Shown piece by piece: positions 36,945 through 48,790 of a stretch of 64,000 nt of DNA. Position numbers and translations under genes: made by a program. Origin of the DNA: Octopus sinensis (Eukaryota); the NCBI RefSeq assembly GCF_006345805.1, contig NC_043006.1, forward strand, positions 80,600,001 through 80,664,000, read 5' to 3'. Each line of letters opens with the position of its first letter. The stretch's first letter is position 1. The notes under the pieces are model-generated. The model was not told where the DNA came from. It did not search any database and saw nothing but the letters and a program-made list of their open reading frames with translations.

Positions 36945-37225
36945 AGGTGCAATGGCCCAGTGGTTAGGGCGGCGGACTTGCGGTCGGAGGATCGCGGTTT
37001 CAATTCTCAGACCGGGCGTTGTGTGTGTTTATTGAGCGAAAACAAAGCTCCACGATGCTCCGGCAGGGGGTGGTGGCGATCCCTGTTGTACTCTTTCGCC
37101 CCAACTTTCTCTCACTCTTTCTTCCTGTTTCTTGAGTAACGCTGCGATGGACTGAGGGGAGCACATACGTCACAAAAACGGAGAAACCGGGCCCATGAGC
37201 CTGGCTAGGCTTGAAAAGGGCGCAT
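36945..37225 (+). mobile_element. tRNA-derived SINE, copy B (intron 10), inverted relative to copy A
   Basis: aggtgcaatggcccagtggttagggcggcggacttgcggtcggaggatcgcggtttcaattctc...ttgaaaagggcgcat is colinear with the reverse complement of copy A. Confidence 0.85.
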
Positions 37226-37707
37226 AAAAATTGAAAAACATGAAATTTCTTTAGAGAGGACAAAAGTCTAAATTTTTGTGAATAAGCTTTTCTTGGCCCG
37301 GGTTATATTCGGACTTAGGCAAGAAGTATATTTAATATCTAATGCAAAAGCAAATAAAATTCTGAATTTAGTTTAATATTCATAACTATAATAATCTTAA
37401 TTCATTCCATTAATTTCTCGTGTTACGATTTTAATTAGAAACTTTTATTTAACATGAATACATTAATTAGCGAACCAATTACGTCTACTACACGCTGCAT
37501 GTGATAATAAAAAGAAAAAATTCAAGGAGGTGCAAATGACCACATATCTTCACTGTCCAGTATTATTTAGTTATTGCCTACAAGATTTACCATAAGTTCT
37601 GTTGTAATTGAATATTAATATTTTAATAACACTTGGGAATTACTAAAAAAGAAAAAAAAATCATTACTAAATTAAATTTAATAAAAAAATTCGAATGTTT
37701 CTTGCAG

Positions 37708-37736
37708 TTGCTGAACAGAAAGCAGCGGAAGACTGA
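37708..37736 (+). CDS. GEN1: GEN1 probable terminal coding exon (VAEQKAAED-stop)
   Basis: Acceptor gtttcttgcag|TT, in phase with exon 10, TGA at 37734-37736. The total CDS is 1374 nt (457 aa plus stop). Confidence 0.65.
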
Positions 37737-37778
37737 ATGCCGTAAAACTTTGGAAGAAACTACATAATGTATGTTAGA

Positions 37779-37784
37779 AATAAA
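37779..37784 (+). terminator. Candidate polyadenylation signal AATAAA for GEN1
   Basis: AATAAA lies 42 nt after the stop. The flank is AT-rich, so specificity is low. Confidence 0.4.
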
Positions 37785-39839
37785 ATTATTTGAATGAAAT
37801 ATAGCTGTGTCTTTTTAATATATCACTTTCTAGCACATGTGAAAGGCCACAGGCTTTTATTGCAGTGACAACCTTCGATAATATCTCCTATTATTCATTA
37901 TTTTGTAGTTTGTCCGCTCTGAAAAAATCAAGCAGATAAATTTCTAATAACGAATACGAAGGGACATAACTCTACATCGCAAAAATATTTTTGACGTAGT
38001 GTTAATTCAGGGGAAATAACTCTAAAGACGAGTTATTTTTCTTTTAAAGTTAAAATGATTTTTAAAAACACCAGCAGTAGTGGATACGAGTATACTCTCT
38101 TACAATACATCGTTTATTAGTTTATATAATTTCGTTTTACAGAATTTTTTTACATGTTTGAATAATATTTATGCAATCTCTATAGTAATAATAATTGCAT
38201 AGTATTTGAGACAAATCAAAACCGGTCCGTGTTTTTTTTTAGAAAATATTTAAATTATAACATGGACGATATACGTGTTACGGCTTTACTGTTCCCTTGA
38301 AGTTACGTTAATGATACTTAAATCATTTATTTACGCAGTTTTTTATGCTGGAGACGAAATCAACGTTTTATGAATGATTTTCGAGCGCAATTTCCAAATG
38401 GAGTTTAGATTTTTGCTCGTACGTCTAGTTTTTCACGTATCATACTTTGAGTTTCTCAGTTTTGTCAAACTTATATTAACAATTTTATACAAAGTTGCCA
38501 GTTGATTCAACGAAATTATACAGTATATACTCGATTAAATATTACGGAATTCAATGAGACCTATATTTGTCATAAACTTAGATTAATGTAATTGACGACT
38601 ATACCTTATAGGAGTGCAATGAATATTTTCCTTCTGTTAAGCTTACCCTGGGATGTTGCAAGATAGTATTCAATAAGTAGGTTATCATGCCTTTCTTTGG
38701 AAACACCTAGGTTTCCATTGAATATTTCGATGCAATACATCCATTTTACATCGTTTAGTGCACAATAATTTGAGGAGTGTTTTTAACGATATTAGACAGA
38801 TGATCTCTTTATTGGCATCGAAGATGTTTTTAACTTAATCTCTATACATAGAGGCCTACTTTATTTCCTTGATAGCTTCACTCAAGCAAGTGCATTGTCT
38901 ATTGACTTCATTCTGATTCGACGCATCTTTGTGATGAGCGAATAAAGAGGTGCTACATCATCCAAGCACTACATGAGACAAATTTCAGAGAATTAATTGC
39001 TATTTAGTGGAACTGCTGTAAAACATGTTACCAAATTGAAGTTTCGATACATAATAAAACATTTTAGTTAAGCGGATTAGACTTCTTCTGGTTTGACAAG
39101 ATCTTCCTATTTTTCAGACATCGAACTTCGCTAACAAGATTATTTAAACACTTCCGAATAAAAAAACATCTTAAGTTCGATTTTTATTCTGGAATATAAA
39201 CAAGCTCAGTAAAATATTCATTACCACCAACTGTACTCCTTATCACTACCCTCTACATCATTTACAGAAGATAGTCCATTATATTTATACAAGGAAATGG
39301 GCATTACATACTGTATGTAGTGATTACACGTATGACAGTCTTGTCTCTCCAATAATGCTAACAAAGAAACAAAAAAAAACTAAGCGGTTTCTAACGATAT
39401 ATCTGTTCTTACTATAGAATGGGTATAATAAAAATGCATTGTGTATATATGTCGACGTAATGCTCAACTCTTGTGTAATCGGTTAAGTATTCCAGTGACC
39501 AAGATTTCCGCTACTTAGAATAACCAAACAAATTCACAACCGATTTTGTGCTACTTTATCGATCTTTCTTGTTTTATGTACTAACTTGGGGCGTAGGTAG
39601 ATTAGAAGTAATAAAAATAAAGGATAATCATTACTTCATGTGTTCTGTTGTTTTAGTTGTAATAATCGGGGCATATATTCTGAGAAATGAAAAAATTAAG
39701 ATATTTCAAATATAATTATTAAAAAATTGCTCGAAGCCTTATAAAATTTACGGGATTTGATTATGAAATGTATTATCTTTATATTAATATTTGGTTGTGT
39801 AATATAATTATTTTGCAAAAATGCTGGGTTCTCTGATTT

Positions 39840-40940
39840 ATGCTTGACCATCGTAATCTTCAATGTCTAATTTCGAGTTAGCATAATTTCTAGTATTACT
39901 TTGATTTAAATGAACGTAAGCTATAGGTGAAACTAATCTATTTGATTGAAATGCGGGCCTTGCAATCTGCTTACCGTCATTAGAAAATGGATCCCCTAGA
40001 AATGAATAATGGTAATTTTGTTTCATGGAGTGAAATCAGTTCCTGATGTAAAGCTTACATACTTGTAAGCATGCATATAAATCCTATGTAGGTTTAAAAC
40101 AACCTGACAGGAACCCTTTAAAAGGTCAAGCTTTGGATTCAAGTTTCCAGGAAGAATTATAATGAAACGTTAATTTTCTGTTTATGCCGATGTATTTTTT
40201 GATAACACTTCTTCATTCTAGGACTCAACAGAGATCTATTGCCGATCCTTCAATAATATTACCGTATGACCGTAATTTCTATGACTTTGCATGATCCATT
40301 ATAAACTTCAATAATTAATTATTGAGCATTACTGCAGCTTTTGTTTTCTGTTGCTTGGGTTAATATTGTGACAACTTCCTCGATGATTGGAAAAGTAACA
40401 TGAAGTTTTAAATATTTGTTGACCGATGTACAATATGTGAAACAAGTTCTGAGGAAGAATCTTAAATCATACATTTCACCCATTCATTGTCATCGCTTGC
40501 CAAATTTCATTTTTTAAAAAAATCTTCTTTAACGGCTGCGTAGAAAATCCTTCTACTGTCCAGAGACTCAATACTAGTTGCCCCCTTCACATGTAACTCT
40601 ATATTGAGACTGAAACCTCCATATTCTTTAGAATGGTCTATATTCCTAGGACAATTTTACCCTGGCAGAGAAGAATTTGTTTAAAACGTCTAGTCGTCTC
40701 CAAGACAAAGATACGGAGTGGAAAATAAAAATGTTTTGAAAGCCAACTCTGTTTCAGTAAATGGACGAATAGAGACGGACCTTCAACCAACACGTTTTTT
40801 GTGTGCGTACTTGTATTTGATTAATAGATTTTAATGCTAGTTTCTGGTTTCTTTATGTGAAGTACATTCTGTTCCCAATGCGATTTTAAATGTTCCTGGT
40901 TCAGTTGGACGTGATAACGTTGAAAAGTATTCCATATGGC
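39840..40940 (-). pseudogene. Highly decayed Helitron Rep/helicase linker-region remnant
   Basis: LHVKGATSIESL...NLASDDNEWVKC resembles the recalled Helitron pattern LHVxGxTSFEDL...GLLxDDxEWxxC. Many in-frame stops. Confidence 0.5.
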
Positions 40941-41054
40941 AAAGATATTTAAAAGATTGGATTGTTAAAAACTTACATGCATGTATGTGTGTGAATATGT
41001 GCGAGAATATGCATGACGGTTTCAGAGTGAGTAATATATATGTATATATATGTG

Positions 41055-41100
<46 letters not shown>

Positions 41101-41249
41101 TGTGTGTATGTATATATATATGTGTGTATGTATATATATGTGTGTGTGTGTGTATATATGTGTGTGTATATATGTGTGTGTGTGTGTGTGTATGTATATA
41201 TAAGTGTGTGTGTGTGTGTGTGTATATATACATATGTGTGTGTATGTAT

Positions 41250-41460
41250 ATTACTCTTTACTCTTTTACTTGTTTCAGTCATTTGACTGCGGCCATGCTG
41301 GAGTACCGCCTTTAGTCGAGCAAATCGACCCCAGGACTTATTCTTTGTAAGCCCAGTACTTATTCTATCGGTCTCTTTTGCCGAACCGCTAAGTGACGGG
41401 GACGTAAACACACCAGCATCGGTTGTCAAGCAATGCTAGGGGGACAAACACGACACACAA

Positions 41461-41491
<31 letters not shown>

Positions 41492-41662
41492 CATATATAC
41501 GACAGGCTTCTTTCAGTTTCCGTCTACCAAATCCACTCACAAGGCATTGGTCGGCCCGGGGCTATAGCAGAAGACACTTGCCCAAGATGTCACGCAGTGG
41601 GACTGAACCTGGAACCATGTGGTTGGTTAGCAAGCTACTTACCACACAGCCACTCCTGCGCC
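41250..41662 (-). mobile_element. Full-length, near-consensus tRNA-derived SINE
   Basis: Complete from the (actctttt)n tail to the head gctacttaccacacagccactcctgcgcct. Confidence 0.85.
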
Positions 41663-42133
41663 TATATATGTATATATACATATGTGTGTATGTATATATA
41701 CATGTGTGTGTATGTATATATGTATATATACGTGTGTATGTATATATGTATATATACATGTGTGTGTGTATGTATATATATGTATATATACATGTGTGTG
41801 TGTATGTATATATATGTATATATACATGTGTGTGTGTGTATGTATATATATGTATATATTCATGTGTGTGTGTGTATGTATATATATGTATATATACATG
41901 TGTGTGTGTATGTATGTATATATATGTATATATACATGTGTGTGTATGTATATATGTACATGTGTGTATATATACATGTGTGTATGTATATATGTACATG
42001 TGTGTATATATACATGTGTGTATGTATATATGTACATGTGTGTATATATACATGTGTGTGTGTGTGTATGTATATATATATGTACATGTGTGTATATATA
42101 CATGTGTGTGTGTATATATACATGTGTGTGTGA

Positions 42134-42175
<42 letters not shown>
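41663..42175. repeat. Compound CA/TA minisatellite, unit about 24-34 bp (acatgtgtgtgtatgtatatatatgtatatat)
   Basis: More than 12 variant units read directly. Confidence 0.9.
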
Positions 42176-42177
<2 letters not shown>

Positions 42178-42511
42178 ACTGTGTGTAAGACATTCTCACA
42201 TCCCGAGCGTTAAACTAATACATCTGTTTGTTTACACACGTCTTTGTTTTGTTTTTTTTTTGTAAATTCCAACTGTAAGTAACATACATTATACATGTGT
42301 GTATAGATGCATGCATGTCTATCTATCTATCTCGTTTCTTTGACTGCGGCCATACTGGAGCACCACCTTAAACGTTTTTTATTTAGTCGAAGGAATCTAC
42401 CACAGGACTTCATCTTTGTAAGCTTAGTACTTATTCTATCGGTTTATTTTGCCGAAGCGCTAATTTACGGGCACGTAAACACACCAACATAAGTAGTAAA
42501 GTTGTGGTGGG

Positions 42512-42548
<37 letters not shown>

Positions 42549-44119
42549 TGGTCGATTCGAGGCTATAGTAGACACTTACCCAAGGTGCCACGCAGTGGGA
42601 CTGAACCCAGAACCATCTGGTTAGGAAGCAAGCTTCTTTCCAGAATGTGTGTGTTTGTTAATTTCTGCTCTCATTTGCTATTAGCAATGCACTGGTTGAA
42701 ATATTTGCATTGATAGGGAGTTAGATATTAAATAGTTTATCGGTGAAAGGAATAGCGGCTTAACACCTGGTCCTGCTATTCATCACAATAACATTTGTAA
42801 TATTTCTGCTTAAGCGAGAAATAAATCGCTCTGTATATGGTGTTCCCCGTCTTTCACTATCTTTATTAGCGTCACCATATTTAATATTCATATATCTGCT
42901 ATAAATTGTTCCGCTAACCTCAGTTATTTGTCCACCTTAAGGCTGAAGAAGACACTTGTGGCAACCTTCTACATAGTAGAAGTAGCATCACCTATATGTT
43001 ATATATCGAGATGAGAAATTTCGGTTACTTGACATTATTTAATTGAAGAAAAAAAGCTCTCTCTAGGCTTATATAAAATCTAAAAGCTAACTCTGAAAAC
43101 TTTACCCGATTGATGCAAACGAAAATTACATTTCCGTTGTATTGGACTTCCTTCATGAAGTATTGTATGTTTAAACTAGTGATGTTGGTATCAATATACT
43201 TGTAAATAAATATATAAAGTCTCACGTATGTATTATGGTTAGTTGGAATATTAGAATTACCTGACATTATTGTTACTATTAGTACAGAAAACTGCCCAAG
43301 AAAATCCTAAATTGTTGAATCAGTCAAGGGAGATAACTACCATATGATTTGAGACACGAAAGTTATACATTTTCTTTTTAAAACAAAATTCAACAGTTAA
43401 TCCGACCCCCATCCCCACAAAAGTACCCAACTAAAACAGAATCATGCGATACATATTCATAGAAAATTTCGAAGCAATTATATATAAAAGTAGTGTTAAT
43501 AAATGCAGTATTTGATGACTTATCAGAAAATCCATTTTTTAAGCTATAATCAATGTTGTCCTCTCAAAATTTGTGAGAAACGCATCGCTAAGCTATTATT
43601 AATGGAAACAGAGACTGTAAAACATTGATTATATTGATAAATAGCTCTATAGCTAAATATAATTAAGTCAAAAGAAATGAGCGAGATGTCTGCTCTGGGC
43701 TCATTAATTTTTAAATCATAATTTAAGACGCAAAATAAAGTGGGAATTTTAGAAGCGTATTTAACACGTGAAGCAATTAGTTGCAACTAATTTGCTGTTT
43801 GACAGAATACACTTACATAAACACACACGCATCTATGGATACAAACACACGCATACGTAAATATATACATACAATCGCACACGCAGAGGCGCAGGAGTGG
43901 CTGCGTGGTAAGAAGCTTGCTTCCGAACCGTGTGGTTCCAGGTTCAGTCCCACTGCGTGCCATTTTGGACAAGTGTCCTCTTTTATATCATCGGGTCAAC
44001 CAAAGCCTTGTGAGAGGATTTCTTTGATAGAAACTGAACCGTCGTATTTATACGAATGCATATCTCTGCATGTGTGTCTGTTTGCTCCCCACCTCTTTTG
44101 ACAACTGTTGTTGGTGTTT

Positions 44120-44880
44120 AGAGTAATGGAAGGCTGGCAGTGACGATGAGTAGATCGGTGAGGGAGATGTGAGAAGGGGTAGGTGTAGTGGCATCGGGTG
44201 CGATAGAATGAAAGGGTGAACGCAGTTTATGTTCTTTAGTGCGAGCGAGGAACTCGTGGAAAAGATGATTTAGATGAAGTATGAAGCGTAGGTATGTGCA
44301 ACGGACGGTGAAAAGTAGGAGAAAAAGGTGGAATATAAGCGAGAGGGAGAAGGCGATCGAGGGTGTGTATTTTAGAGAGATTAGAACGAACGATGGCACG
44401 CATAAGGCGGTAGGAAGTAGTGCGGAGTAGAATCGCAGAAGCAGAATGGAACGTGGGGTGGAAATTATAGCGGAAACCTTTGGGGATGAGGTGGTGATGA
44501 GGGCAGCGACTGAGAAAGGAAACATGACTACAGAAGCGAGGTTTTTTCTTTTTTGAAAATCAGTAGCGAAAGAAGGTTGGGAGCCGCGGAAAGGAGAAGT
44601 GAAAAGGTGGGTTTTTTTTAGGCGGTGGTGAATGTGAAGGAGGAAAGATTTGTAATTAGGCATGCCGGAAAAAGGAGAAAAAACATGAGAAAAGGAAGAA
44701 AAGGACAAAGGCAAAGTAATAACGTATGTAGAATGAAAGAGCAGAAAGTTCAAAAAGTCGTGGTAGATTGGAGCGATTTACATCAACGAAAAAAATCCAG
44801 TGAAATCCGCAAAAGTAGAGTCAGTATATGCAGTGGTAATTCAGGTGGAGTGCTGGTATGTAGATGAAGATATGCGGCAA
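44120..44880 (-). mobile_element. Probable Penelope-like element N-terminal ORF remnant
   Basis: A minus-strand frame reads KPRFCSHVSFLSRCPHHHLIPKGFRYNF, resembling the recalled PLE N-terminal FLxRCxxxxLIPKG motif. Strong strand purine skew. Confidence 0.45.
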
Positions 44881-45487
44881 GATAAAATTGGGGTGACCAC
44901 GTACGTGTATATAAATATACATATACACATAGTTACAGAAAACCATATACTCTGCTTCACCTATTGAGCACTCATTTTCGTTTGTTCGCAACAATTCCCG
45001 TTCATATAATTCTTATACTTTTAAGATTTTAGCGCCGGCCTTCTTCTTCTTCTTCTTCTTCTTCTTCTTCTTCTTCTTCTTCTTCTTCTTCTTCTCCTTC
45101 TTCTTCCCTTTCTATGTCTAAAAGATACTTTGTACTTCACCCTTCATTCCTCCGCCTACGCTTTCTCCAATTAATCTCTATAGCACTCAAATCTTTCTAT
45201 TTCGAACTAATCATGCACCTATCACAAACTCAAATCTACTCGTTATCCATCCTTTCATTTCTTACCACATTGTTTATTCCCCTGATACATCGTTCGATAT
45301 AACAGGAAATTCTTTTACATACGGATGTATCTATTTTTTGATTATTTGAATATCCATCTTTCCAAATATTCCTCCTATTTCTAACGATATTTCATTAGAT
45401 CAACTATATACTGCATGCTTCGGTATTTTGATAAACTCATTTGCAAAGAAACATACGCTAATCTAAAAGAAATGATAATTTGATACT

Positions 45488-45531
<44 letters not shown>

Positions 45532-45539
45532 ACACACAC

Positions 45540-45593
<54 letters not shown>

Positions 45594-47399
45594 GCAGCAT
45601 AGAGAACGTTAACTAACAAGGGCATGAGAAATCAAAAACAAATGCACAAATTACTTCAGCTGCTCTAGAGTGAAGTTAAAGGCGATTTCGGCACGAAGGC
45701 ATACAAGACTACAAGCTTAGGTTTGGTAGCAGTTTCACGGGAAAAGTCTTACATGAACTGGTGTAGAAGCAACAATATCATTAGGGTATCACGAGACAAA
45801 GAATTCATTAAAATTACAAAATCTAATGCAAAACATTCTAATAAATATGTGAATGGTCATTTCGGAAGTGATATTAGATGCAACCACATACTAAAATGCT
45901 CATTTTGACAGTTGTGTAAATGCAGTTAACATTTGAAACGCTATTGATACAATCTACTCTTTTACTTGTTTCAGTCATTTGACTGCGGCTATGCTGGAGC
46001 AGCATCTTTCGTCGAGCAAATCGACGCCAGAGCTTATTCTTTGTAAGCGTAGTACTTATTCTTTCGGACTCTTTTGCCGAACCGCTAAGTTACGGGGACG
46101 AACAAACAGCATCGGTTGTCAAGCGATGTTTGGGGGACAAACACAAACACACACACACACACACATATATATACATATACGACGGGCTTCTTCCAGTTTC
46201 CGTCTACTAAATCCGCTCACAAGTCTTTGGTTGGCCCGAGGCTATAGTAGAGGACGCTTGCCCAAGCTGCCAACAGTGGGACTGAACTCGGGATCGTGCG
46301 GTTCGATCTTAATTTTTTCTCTATTATATTATGTGTACTTATCTTTGATTTTAAAGATATTTAAACGTATATAAGAAGTATATATGTGTGTATATTTATA
46401 TGAAACTTTATACAATACCTTGTATATGGGTTGGAACTAGCCTGTACTAATATTAATATGTATAATTAAAGTAATAAAAATGTGCATTGGAAGTGTATAT
46501 GTGTCCATATATAAATAGATATATATTGGTATATTCCATTTTACTTAAGTTTATCATATTGTATTATTGCAGATTTTTTAAGCATGTATGTGTGCATTTT
46601 TTGTCTGTTAATTTATATTTGTATTTTGTATTCTGATTATGACTGTATTTTGTCATTCACTATATCTACGGGTTTAATTTTGTCAGGAATGGCTGTGTGG
46701 TAAGTAGCTCGCAGTGGGGAGATGGTGTGCCGTCTGCATGTCCCGAAGTTGTGCCACCCACGGTGGAAGAAACGACCATCACCCTTAAAGATGATGAATT
46801 AATTATCTTTTTCTACAAGGGCGGAGAGGTGGAAAAATAGTAGAACATAAAGAGACAGTAGATATGACCTTCACACGGGATTCCGAATGGCATCCGCAGA
46901 TAGCTGTGGAGGTCATAAGGTTTCCCTTGTGGGATAGGCTTAAAGGATATGGGGAGGAGGTTCGTATTTGGCCGGGTGGACATTACACGACCCAGATATC
47001 CTTCATGAGTGAGGCATGAGAAATGGCGGGATACAGGAACTCAAGCGGCATTGAAAATAATGATGGATATATTGATGGATATATCGATGAGTAGGAGGTG
47101 AAAAAGCCTCGTTAGAGGGTTTGAAACCTCATCTTATTGTATTATTTGTAGTGGTTTATAACCTCAATTATGTGTTTAAAAAACATCTTAAGTAAGAGGT
47201 TTTAGTGCCTCCTTCTTGTAAGAGGTTTGAAACCTCATATTGATTTTAAAAAAATAAACTATATTTTCGAGAAAAATCCAATAAGCGGGTGTTGGGTTTC
47301 GTCTCTCATTTTATTTCATTTTCATTCATTAATGTGTTTGTCCAGCCCGCAAAGCTACCCAATCTTTGTACTGCCTTTATGGCAAATTTGATAAAATAA

Positions 47400-48790
47400 A
47401 GTAGCTTGCTTATAGGCTTCCCGCATATACACGTTGGTGTATCTTACTACAGAGAACCGAGGTGGACGTGAGTGTGTTGGCTCCGTCTAATATTGAACTG
47501 AAAGAAAAAAGAACAGCAGCATAACTTCGTCGAGGTAGACGGTTTTGTTTTCGTTTGAGCTGGGTGTAATTTGTCAAATAGTAATTGTTTGTTGGTTGAT
47601 AAATTTTGCCCAGCTCCGAGGCAACTCTGCCTGCTGTCGGCGGCTGCTGTTTGTTGCAATGGGAGAAAAAAGAAGCGTATCCTCGCCCGAACGTACTGGC
47701 TTTTGCCATTGAAACTTGTTGGATTACCATTGAACCTACGAAGTTGGACAGGAGTACCTATTGGTCATTGATATTTGCTGTGTGAACTGGTTTTCTTTTC
47801 TCTATCCATCTGTTCTTTTCTTTCTTTTGGATTTTATTTTGTATTCATTTTTTGGACTGACTTGAATATTTCATTTTGGAATTCTTGTTAATTTATTTGA
47901 ACTGATTCTTAACATGGCAAATACAAAATGTGCCTCAGAGTGGGAGGTTGTCCCGCTTAAGCAATGGATTAAAAAGCTTTAGAGGGGGACGGTGGTACTA
48001 CGGACCTATTCTAGGTCGCGTGACACCATCGCCCTTTTTATGACCAGGGGTGTGAATTACGCCATGGTGTGGCTGCTTGTTGACACCCCTGAGGAAGCTT
48101 GTACTGTGGGAGGCCAGCCTCTAGAGGGGGAGGAAATTGTGTTGGTGATAAGGGCCTGGGAATGTGGTCTTCCCCCGGGCACCGAAGCGGAGTGGATTGC
48201 AGATGCCATCCGAAGGGGCCTGGGGGATAGCGGGCCCAGGCTCTTAAATATAGAGATAAAGCCTGCGCTCGACTTGAGGGTGCAAAGGCGACTTTGACCC
48301 TATGGACCCCAGTTGCCGCGGGTGAAATGACTTTCCCTGAATTTTTGAAAATGGTTGGCTCAAGATATCCAGTGATACTTGAGGATCACTCATCCCCAAG
48401 TGTCACTCCTGCCTGGAGTCAGACAACATTAAGAAGGACTGCCCCTGGGGCAGTAGTAAGGTCAGTAGCAGGGAAAGGTGAGGGTGCCCTCCGCTTTCCC
48501 ATTGCAGGGAGAAACGGAGGAAGTCGTTGAGGCCGATGCCTCAACGAGAAGGAAAAGAAAGGTGAGCAACATTGGTTGCTCACCAACAAACGCGCAAGTT
48601 GTGCCGGTGGAGCCCCCGACTTCCGCAACAGTAAGAAGGAAAAAGAGAATAAGCTGGAGAGAGAAATAAGAAAGAAACAAAGCTAGAGATGGAGAGAAAG
48701 GGAACGAAAAAGGTAGAAGGAAGAAGAGAGAGAAGAAAAGAGGGGACGAAGAAAGGAGACCACAACAAAAAAGACGGTGGTAGGCAAATG
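47400..48790 (+). mobile_element. Decayed gag-like ORF1 of a non-LTR retrotransposon (L1/Tx1-like?) with upstream leader; no ORF2 seen
   Basis: GC-richer block with ATG at 47914 and a broken frame. Degenerate zinc knuckle CHSCLESDNIKKDC (CX2CX4[H>N]X4C) at 48401-48442, followed by basic, K/R/E-rich sequence. Confidence 0.55.

Noticed and set aside
36945-37020. tRNA gene-like sequence (also at 43885-43960, 14714-14775 and 36290-36360)
   Set aside because: A/B boxes are present, but there is no complete cloverleaf and the sequence runs into SINE bodies. These are SINE heads.
44118-44753. 211-aa minus-strand ORF as a membrane protein
   Set aside because: The S/F/L/P bias comes from pyrimidine skew; a different frame carries the PLE-like motif.
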